Shown here: positions 21,764-37,830 of the stretch, in pieces | How positions within the stretch are numbered: position 1 is the stretch's first letter | How the letters are laid out: each line of letters opens with the position of its first letter | Origin: the human T2T-CHM13v2.0 reference genome, Homo sapiens | Reading direction: 5' to 3' (one strand) | DNA: 64,000 nucleotides | Assembly (NCBI RefSeq): GCF_009914755.1 | Contig: NC_060943.1 | Position numbers and translations under genes: made by a program | The notes under the pieces: generated by a model | Told to the model about the DNA's origin: nothing | Databases searched by the model: none | Seen by the model: the letters and a program-made list of their open reading frames with translations, nothing else

Positions 21764-24700
21764 AAAGAGAAAAAACAAAGCTTTTGGCTCTGGAGTTCAC
21801 TCTATCCTTTCTGGGACAACTGACAGGCATGACCAGGAACCTGATGGGCCTGCCTGTGATCTAGCCACTGAGCCTAACCTTCAAATTAATTAAGGCATCT
21901 GCTTTCCAAGTGCATATTAGTAAGCTGCAAGCAGCAGCAGCAACCCTTTATCGTGGCCAGAAACTGTAGAAGGTAGGCCAGACACAGAGGAAGGGAATAC
22001 GAAGCCTGGTAAAGGCAGTAACAACCCTAGCCCGACTCTAAATAAAGTCTTCATGATAGAAGGGTTCTCTGCACACTCAGAAAACTCTTGGGCTCCAAGA
22101 AAAGCCGGGGAGGAACTCAGTTACTGAATGAACAAAACCTTATCTGACTCAGCCAGATCCCAAAGGAGTGAAGAATCCTGGAGCTGGATGAGACCTTGTT
22201 CATTCCCCTCTGGAGAGAGTAAAGGACTTGCGTGGGGAAACTGACTAGTTTGCAGTGGTATGAGATTCTAGATCCCTGGCTTCCCAGTTCTCAGAAGCCC
22301 TACTGAGACTACAGCACTGACTCGGACTCTAATTGCAAAAGATGAACACAGGAGGTACAGTCAGCATTAAGCTCCAGACAGTATGACCATTTGAGCATCC
22401 ATAAAAAGACACTGAGCAAGCAAGAAATGTCTTAAGATGGCTTCCACTTAGTGTCAACCCCAATTGGCTCCCTGCAATTAAATAAGCTGACCAGAACCCT
22501 AAGAGATGAAAGATAAATGCACTTCCTTCAAAAATAGATGTTATTCTTACTTCTGTTTATACACCAACTGTAAAAGTTCTGTTTCAAATTCTTCTCTAGT
22601 AGGGAAAGCAGGAAGATTCACTGAATGCTGGCATTGTGTGGGTGTCCCCAAATGCACTCATTTGACCACAAGGACCCTGAGAAGTGGGCATTTTATACTC
22701 GATGCCTACTGCACACTGCCGGGGAGAAGCCAGGCCTGAACAGTTTTATCTGGCTCCAAAGTCCACAGTCTTCCTCCACATCCTGTTGCCACCTCCGACA
22801 TTCAAAAAGATGTCACCACTTGCCTGACAAACAGGGCACTGAGTCACCTATTCACACAGATGCGAAATGGCAAAAAAAATACACGAGAAAGATCCTTTAT
22901 GCAGACCAGTTTGGCCAGAAGCAGCAAACTATGCTCTCAGCAAATAATCCTGCGTTCTGTTAAGAAAAAAAAAAAAAAAAAGTAACAGGACACAACTAAA
23001 TCTAGCACCAACCAAGAGGCCGTATCTTCATTTTTGTCAACAACTACTAAGAGTCACCCCAATGGGTGATGTGCCAGAAATCTATTTAAAATAAACTGCC
23101 TATCGCACCTCATTACATCACCAGTGAAACTGTACACAATGTCTTCAAAACTGCATCTGCATTAACTCCTAAAAGCAGAAGCGTTCTGCAGCAAAGACAA
23201 GGCCAAGAAACTGGGAGTCAAACCCATGAAGTTTGGCTCCCCCCAATCAATCTCATTTTTACTTTAACTTATCCCCATGAACTTGACATGCCACCCAGAC
23301 AAACTGGCAGCTTTTCCATCCTATTAGGTTTTAATTATGAAACTGGCTTCATACCATGTTATTCGGAGAGGAGTCCCTCCACCAATGAGGCTGCTCCTAC
23401 AGTCTCTGATCTGCTGAATAAATACCAATTGCCAGAAATCTCAGGAGTCATCCTTTTTTCTTAGCTGTGCTGCCAAGGCACAGGTTAAGCGCCTGGCTCA
23501 ATTCAGCTACTTTGCTTGCTATTCACTCTGTCACTCAACTCTCGGTGTGAATCGGACCCAGTTGCTCTGGCACTAGAATTACTGTTCGTGGGGACCAAAA
23601 TTAAGTTCTCTAGAATCTGGTTTGACTTGATAGCTATCCACGGAGACCTGGAAATAGTTTCATTAGCAATTTTCACCAGAGGTATTTACTGTAACTGGAT
23701 CTGACCTCTATGGAGAGATGTTTCTACAGGCCCAATAGCCATAAAAATGTAACAAAAGGAAGTGAAGGACCCTCAGACAGCCATTTCTCTCCCATCAGGG
23801 AAGAAGGTAAAAGATCTAAGAGCAAGAAGCAGAGGTGTAGGCACCGTTAAATAAATTACTAACCAGGCCCAATATGAAATTGCTCTACATTCAACTGTAT
23901 GGAAACGCAAGAGTCAAAACCGTTCATCTTTAACTTGCCAGGCAGTTGAACAGCCAGGTCCACAGGTACAAAACAATTCTCCCCTGGGATCAGCCTTCCT
24001 GGCTGTGGAAAAACCACAGCAGTGGCTTACTAAAATAGCTGGCTCTACTTAGAGAAAACTATGGCTTATAAAGAAATCAAAAATTTAAACCTTCAGAGCA
24101 GAGCAAAATTGTACCTGGGGGAGAGGACAGGCCATGAATTAGTCATTTTGGGGAACCGCATTTTTTTCTTTTAAAGAGCAAATTTGAGGGGAATTAAAAA
24201 AATAAAGGAGTTTTAAAAAATAAAGGGGTTTTATGACGAGAACATCCATATTTCCATGGTCACAACAGACTTTTTTTCTACTAGGAGACTTTGATTTGCT
24301 TTCAAGTTAAATCTCTCACCCAGAGAAAATAAAAATGTAAAAGTTTGTAAGTGTATAATAAGATTTGTTATTAAATCAGGGATTCTGAGTGACACCCTTT
24401 TCTTTTTTTTTGCAACATCCATTAATTTGATTTTTAACTAATACTGGTACATCAGTCTGGGGGGAAAAAAGGCAGTACTGTGACATTTCAAAAACAGATT
24501 ACCAAAATACAGTTTTTGACTTAATTACTGGGGCTTCTAGGTCTTAATGGATGAGATTTCTTTGAGAATGGAAAACAATAAACCGTTGTGTTGACATGCC
24601 TGTGAGCTTTTTAAATGCTTGGGGAAATAGTTTCAAATTCACTGAACATTGCTAAAAAATTTCACTTACAAAAGAAATCTCATTTCCTTAACGTTTCTTT

Positions 24701-27610
24701 TTAAAAGTCAATTTAAATAAGCAACTTAGTAGCCTTTGGAACTTGGGTCATCAGTCATCCAGTTTCTGTTCTCAGCTCCTGGAGAAAGAATTTTACAAAG
24801 GATGGGAAACTTCAAATAAGTGCAATTCATTTTGGGCTGACCCAGTGCCCTGGATAATGTGTTTTGTTCGGTTCGTGCTTCAGACATTTCTTGCAGGATA
24901 TCGTAGTTTGGAGATTTCTTCCTCCCGTAACTGATTTTACATACCTAGGATCACCACTCTACGGCAGTTGTGAACATATTAAGAGGAAGAAAACAAGTGG
25001 CCTATTGAATTGCAGTTTCCTCATCTACATGTGCGTGACCTTTTTTCCTTGTAAGAAGGAAAAAAACAAAACGGTTCTTTTGGAGAGGGCCAGGGTTCTC
25101 TAAGTATGTCAGGGATCAAAAGTGGGAAACTGGGAAAATGCAACTTCAACGTGTTTTGTCTTTTAACGGAACTTATGCTTGTAAAACACATCAGAAGTAC
25201 AGTGTTTGGTTCTGCAAGTCATTTCTGTTGTTGTTTTTTCCTTGTTACGTGGAGGCCGGGGGGACTGGGGGCTGGAGGAGGTGTTCCCTCCAACATGACT
25301 GGGCGTGTAACACGTTTGCATCAACTTTTCACAGTCAGACATGTGCTTTCGAACAAAGGAGCAGTGGAGACAGGCAGAGATGGGGGCTTGACACAGTTTA
25401 CAGATTTTGTGCTTCAACAGTACTTTACAAATGACTTGCTCAATTTTAACGTCCATCACCACAAGAGACATTGGAGTAAAATGAGAAAATTGGAGCTACT
25501 TGAACCAATCTTTTTTGGGGAGTGGGGGGGAGGGGAACCATTAATTTGAATACCTGCATCATAAATCAAATCCAGTAAGCTTGTCTCCTACAAATGGACT
25601 TGAAGTATCCACTTTCTTCAAAGATGAAGGCTGGAGACAAAGCAATGGATTGAAATGGAAAGAAGGATGCCAAGGGTCTGAAAACATACGGGCCTTTTAC
25701 ATCGATTTTTGTCATGTTACAGTAACACACTTTTTTTTCTGAGAAAACTGTGTACGTCAAATTTTAAAAATTAAACATTGAAAGGATGTGCAAGTCTAAA
25801 AGGGCTCAACAGGGTTAGAATCCTGATTCGAACATATCAATTCACTCTCAAGCATCACTTTGGTCTAAAGGCGAGGAGGAAGGCAGGCAGTAAAGGGAGA
25901 AAAAGAGGGAGATCATTGAATTACTCAATAAAAGAGGCTACTTACCATCCCAACCCATTGTAAGACATACACTTCTGACATAAGAGAACTCCTTAGAGGT
26001 CGAATAAAGCGTGTAAGCACCTTTGAGTAATGCACCTGCCCCCGGAGAGGGGGCCCGGAAGCCCAACGAGGGCTTAGCGAACAGACCTTTGCTAATCTGT
26101 TTATTTCCTTGAACTGGAGTCGGGCTGCGATGGGCTGCGATTCCCAGGACGATACATTTAATTAGAACAAAACAGAAAAAAAAAATGTTGTAAAAGCTCA
26201 CCAAACTGCTGCACTTGTGTCTCTGAATGTGGGTGGCATTTCTTTTAAAAGGCAAAGTATGGTCTGTGAAGGAGAAAGGGGAAAGGGGAGGTGGGAGTGG
26301 GGAGAAGGGGTCGTACGTACAGCCTGGCAAGGGAAGCCCTGGCTGAGACCCCCCGGCTAAGGAAGGGTCCTCAGCGGCTCCCCAGCCAGGGCTGCGACGG
26401 AGTAGCCATCTGTCCAGAGCGTTCTCTTCCCCTCTCCACCCCCATTCCCTCCAAGACTCGCTTTCCTGCCGGCTGAAACCCACCGTCCGTGTCCAAACCT
26501 ACTCTCCAGCCGCCTCTTCTCTCGCCCCACCAGGAAACAGTGGGCGAACCCTGCACCCCAACTCCTTCTGCTCGAGCAGGGGAAGGAAACGGGGCCCCAA
26601 CCTCGCCCTGAAACGCGCCGGGCTGACCCCATTATCACCCGCCAGCCAGAGAAGGGCGTGGGGGGCCCGCGTTTCGGACTTAATAAAGAGAAGGGGGCGC
26701 TTCCTTTAACGCCCTGCCAAAGCACAAGGAAATCTCCTTTTCTCTCCCGGAAGAGACGGTGCCCCATTTTACCCCGACAGAGGGGGGAACCCCAGGAGAA
26801 AGCGCGGGACCAACTTCCTCTCCCTACAAGGCAGGGAAACCAAACCTTACCCCCGCAAAACAAGGCTGAGAATCCTCCCTCACGTCACCTACCTACGAAA
26901 AGCGAGAGGACCCCTGCCCTTTAGCAAAAACACGGGGAAGAGTCTTCTCTAAAAAAAATAGGCTGGGGTTTTCATCAAAAGGGCTGGAGATGCATCTCCC
27001 CCCTCCCCAATTCGGCCTTCTAGGGGATAGCTAAAAAACACCCCCCGCCAAAAAATACAAGTGCTATAGAGCACCCACCCAAATGACCCCCAATTACAAG
27101 GATGGAGAAGGGACCTGAATGAACCCCCACCTTCTGCCTCCTAAGCTAAAGTACCTATCATCCAAGTAGGACAGGGTGTGCCTCCCCCAGGAGAAAGGAT
27201 ACTGCCGGGGGCTGGGAGACCCCCAACCCCAAACCCCTAAGAGCGGGGCTGTTGTTCGAGATCCCCCCAAAAAGGGTCCGGAGCCCCTCCCCCATCCCCT
27301 TCCCCGAAGCCAGGCGACGGGCAAGCGGGCCCGTAGCTGCCAGCTCCGGGCGCAGGGGCAGCCAGGACCCCCGTGGGTCTCCGCAGCACCCCCCACGGCG
27401 CCCCCTCCCCAGGACAGGCGGACGGGCGCGGGGGGTCCGAGGGGCGCCTCCTCACCTTCCCCTCAGCATGGCGCCCAAAAAAGACAGAGCGAGAGCGAGG
27501 GAGAGCGGGCGAGCGCCGCGAGGGGGGGGAAACGCATGAGGCCGGGAGAGAAAGCAAGCGAGAAAGAGCGAGCGAGCAAGCGATCGAGAGACACCCACCG
27601 ACCCCGCCCT

Positions 27611-27640
27611 TCCTCCTCCTCCTCCTCCTCCTCCTCCTCC
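27611..27640. repeat. (TCC)10 / (GGA)10 trinucleotide repeat
   Basis: Read directly. Confidence 0.95.
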
Positions 27641-27731
27641 GCGGCCCGGCCCAACATGGCGGCCGCCCCCCTTCCTCCTCCTCCTCTTCCTCCCCCCGGG
27701 GACGCAGCCCCGGCCCAACCGGGGGCCTGAC

Positions 27732-27892
27732 CTGTCGTCAGGGAGCGGGAGGCGGTGGTGGAGGAGGTGCGGGGTGGCCGGGCGGGCGTCGGGGGAACAC
27801 GGAGGAGGCGAAGGCGTTGATGGCGGCGGCGGCGATGGCGGCGGCGGCGACTCTGATGGCGGCGGCGGGGGGGTCCCGGGCGCGGCCTCCAT
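27732..27892 (-). CDS. ZC3H4: ZC3H4 first coding exon ('exon 2', 161 coding nt): Pro-rich N-terminus MEAAPGTPPPPPSESPPPPSP...LPDDR; exon starts at 27897 (5 nt UTR)
   Basis: ATG at 27892-27890 in context actATGG; acceptor ccccaaag|GAACT with branch-like cattaac upstream; donor AG|gtcagg. Recognised ZC3H4 N-terminus. Confidence 0.93.
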
Positions 27893-29027
27893 AGTTCCTT
27901 TGGGGGGGAGGGGATGTTAATGCACGAAAAAGGACTGCTTGGGCGTGGCGGGAGGGGCACACTTAAGCTCGGAGGGCTCCTGATGGGAATGGGGTATATA
28001 TTTTTTCGGTTTCGGAATCACCTCTGCGCTGACCTCCGCGTAGGCCGCACGGCCTAGGCCTCGGAGGGCCGCTCGCCGCCTGCTTTCTCCGCAGCCCACC
28101 CTTGCGGTCACTCGCTCACTGGCGCGGGGCCCTCATAGGGGCGAGAGCCCCCCCCCCACGCACCCCCGGGGGGCGGGACACCCGGGAGACACGGACACTG
28201 GTGGGTGGTTGGGTGTAATTAGCGCGGGCCGCGCGCGATGGAGCAAGCGAAGGGTAAGGGGAGAAGAGGAGAGCGAGCGAGGGGGGTGGGGGGTTAAAAA
28301 GAAAAAAAGGATTTGAGGGAGAGAGGGAACGGGCCGCGGAGACGGGCCGACTGTCTCCCTTCTCTGCCCGCCCTGGGTGCCCCGGCTGCCCGGCCCCCGC
28401 CGCAATCAGGAATTGACACAAAATGGCTGCTCGGCCCGAACCAGCCTAGAGGCTGAGGCGGGAGGAAGGGTGAGATGGGAGGGGGAACTGAGAGGCGGAG
28501 GCGGAGGCCGTGTCACGTGCAGGAGAGGGGTAGAGACCGCTTGCCCGAAGGCCGGCGGAAAGAGCCGAAGGCAAAGGGCGAGGCCGAGGGGAGGCGGAAA
28601 TAGCCGAAAGGAGCTGAGCAGGAGCGAGGAGGCGACGGGGGAGAGCCAGAAAGAGCTGAAGGTGGTGATATGGGTGGGGCTAGAGAGAGCATGAGAAACC
28701 TAGGGGAGCCATAAATAGCCTAAGCCGATCGGGACCGGGGAAGGAGGAGAAACTGAGACGGTCCGGAAAGAGCCGAAAGCGGTGTCCGGGTGGGTGGCAG
28801 GAGGTGGAAACAGCCGAAAGAAAAGCAGCCAGGGTAATGCGATTAAGAGAATGAGCTGAACGGGCGGGGCTGAAGGGGAGAATAAACGACTTTCAGGAAT
28901 TCGCCGGAGAGCAAGAGGGAAAAACCGAAAATTGCTAGTTTGAAGGAAGGCGGGAAGAGCCAATAGTTTTAGGTGGGAGAATGGGAGGGAAGGAATTCAG
29001 GCTACGGAGAGGGAAAAAAAAAATAAC

Positions 29028-29090
29028 CGAAAGCTGGAGGCCAGGTGCCGAGAGTCGGAGGTTTCCGGAGAAGCGATGAAGCCCAGCCAG
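29028..29090 (-). other. ZC3H4: Candidate non-coding first exon of ZC3H4 (TSS approximate)
   Basis: Exon 2 begins with an acceptor, so an upstream exon is needed. This segment lies directly downstream of the CRE/CCAAT/GC-box cluster and ends at a weak donor TCG|gttatt. Boundaries are inferred. Confidence 0.45.
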
Positions 29091-29097
29091 CCCGGAG

Positions 29098-29156
29098 GTG
29101 ACGTCACTCGACAACCCAGTCGATGATGTCATCATTGGATGCGAGAGGGGCGGGGC
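29098..29156 (-). promoter_or_regulatory. ZC3H4 proximal promoter: palindromic CRE GTGACGTCAC (29098-29107), CRE-like TGATGTCA (29124-29131), CCAAT box (ATTGG 29134-29138), GC box GGGGCGGGGC (29147-29156)
   Basis: Motifs read directly from the sequence, clustered at the edge of the CpG island. Confidence 0.7.
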
Positions 29157-29704
29157 TTGGTAGTCCCTCAGGGGAGTTTAAGGACCTGGGGTGTAGGACC
29201 CATGGAAGGCTCTCAAATAGCAGAGCTAGAAACACTGGCCGGTGTCGTAGACTGTACAAACAAAATCTTTTGACCCTCATAACCGTCCTAACATAAGCTG
29301 CTGCTATTCCCATTTGCAGACTGAAGTTCGGTGTTTTAAGTAATCGGTTCACGGTCATAGGATTAGTTCTAAAAAGCACAGCAAGATTTTTTTTTTAAGA
29401 GACAGAGTCTTGCTCTGTCGCCCAGACTGCAGTGCTGTGACACGATCATACCTCACTGTAACCTCGAATCCAGGGATCTTCCTTAAATACTTGTTAGCTC
29501 TTTCTACAGTGCCAGTCCCTGTGATGGAGCATGGGAACAGTTTCTGTCTTCATGGAACTTAACCGATAATGCCCCAAGGGAGAGAAACAGAGTTAAAGAA
29601 TAAAGGGGGTGGGTGGAGTGTTAGAGGAGGGTCTTGTAATTGTTCTTTTAGGCTGGTACATGAAAAAGAAGAGATGGTTCCAGGCAGAAGAAATACCTTA
29701 TTTC

Positions 29705-31783
<2,079 letters not shown>

Positions 31784-32326
31784 AAGAAAATTCCTGACAA
31801 AATGCTTAAAATAAATTATCAGTGGATGAAACTTGTTTTAAGAAGCTGGTGCTCCCCCCACCATCCCACCTGGTACCCCAGTTGCCAGCCAAGAATTGTG
31901 TTACCTTTACCCTGACTATCGTCTTTCTGGATCCAATCTCAGATCTAATGGTTAGATAATTATTCTCTTCTCCTATAAAATGTCCCTATTAGAGTGAATC
32001 TTAATTGGCCAACAAGAGACCTTTTTTCCTTGCATGTAAGATTGTAATAAAATGTTCACTCATGCTCATAGCTATGTTGTCCAAAAAGTTTTCTTTAACA
32101 CACCAAGAACTAATACTTCAGGTTTGTAGGAATGGAAAGGAAGGACACCAAAGTAGCTCACTATGTTCGATTGTGGATGGTGCCATTCCTTCCTTTACAC
32201 CTTGATTTTTGGACCTCATGTATTCTGGGTTATGGACAAAATCACTGATTGAGAACATAGACCACATCTAAGAGGACAGCCATTGTCTTTTCAAGGTATG
32301 GTCCTGAAGGGGCCCCATCTCTGTAG

Positions 32327-36905
<4,579 letters not shown>

Positions 36906-37104
36906 ACCAGGGACACATTTTAAAAGTTAAAAACATGACTCTTAGCCAGGTGCGATGGCTCATGCCTGTAATCCCAGCTACTTGGGAGGCTGAGGCACCA
37001 GAATCACTTGAACCCAGGAAGTGGAGGTTGCAGTGAGCCGAAATAGTACCACTGCACTCCAGCCTGAGTGACAGAGCAAGACTCTGTCTCAAAAAAACAG
37101 AAAA

Positions 37105-37126
37105 TGTATACGTGTGTGTGTGTGTG

Positions 37127-37169
<43 letters not shown>
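37105..37169. repeat. Compound (GT)n(AT)n(AC)n microsatellite
   Basis: Read directly. Confidence 0.95.
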
Positions 37170-37469
37170 CCCTGTTTTATTTCATTTTTATTATGGGGTT
37201 TTTGTTGTTTTCTGTTTTTGTTTTTGTTTTTGTTTTTGTTTTGAGACAGTCTTGCTCTGTGGCCCAGGCTGGATCGGCTCACTGCAACCTCCACATCCCA
37301 CTTCCAAGTGATTCTCCTACCTCAACCTCCTGAGTAACTGGGACTATAGGTGCCCACTGCCACACCCGGCTAATTTTTGTATTTCTAGTAGACAGGGTTT
37401 CAACATGTTGGCCAGGCTGGTCTGGAACTCCTGACCTCAGGTAATCCGCCCACCTCAGCCTCGGGCTAT

Positions 37470-37830
37470 TTTTTATTGAAGAATAACATACGTACAGAAA
37501 AAGCATATAATCACAGGTACGCAGCTTGACACATTTACGCAAAGTGAATATTCTATGTAACCAGCAGCTAAATCAAGAAACAGAAAATTATAAGCAGAGC
37601 AGAGTCCCCGTCCTGTTCCCATGTAGTCACTGGTCCTTCTAAAGCAATCACCATTCTAACTTCTAGCTACATACATAAATATTCTCTTAATTTGTCTTAA
37701 TTTTCTCATAAAAATGGAATCCATAATATGTACTCTTTTGTGTCTGGCTTCTTTCATTCCACATTATGTTTGTGGCATGTAGTTATATTTCATTCATTCT
37801 CATTTCTCTATAGTATTCCACAGTGTGACT
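37470..37830 (-). mobile_element. L1ME-like 3' end fragment
   Basis: ttttattgaagaataacatac...aaaatggaatccataatatgtactcttttgtgtctggcttctttcattc. Confidence 0.65.

Larger units (their letters stand above)
26300..29200. promoter_or_regulatory. CpG island over the ZC3H4 5' end, with YY1-type sites (CAACATGGCGGCC 27652-27664; CAAAATGGCTGC near 28419-28430) and E-box CACGTG (28514-28519)
   Basis: High GC and CpG density by eye, no Alus; edges approximate. Confidence 0.85.

Noticed and set aside
25554-25677. Possible 124-nt minus-strand cassette (ttttcag|A ... CAG|gtattc)
   Set aside because: Short pyrimidine tract and moderate donor; such pairs occur by chance in an 18-kb intron.
27176-27962. Long overlapping ORFs with poly-Ala, poly-Glu, poly-Ser or poly-Leu on both strands
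   Set aside because: By-products of CCG/TCC repeats and stop-poor GC-rich DNA around ZC3H4 exon 2.
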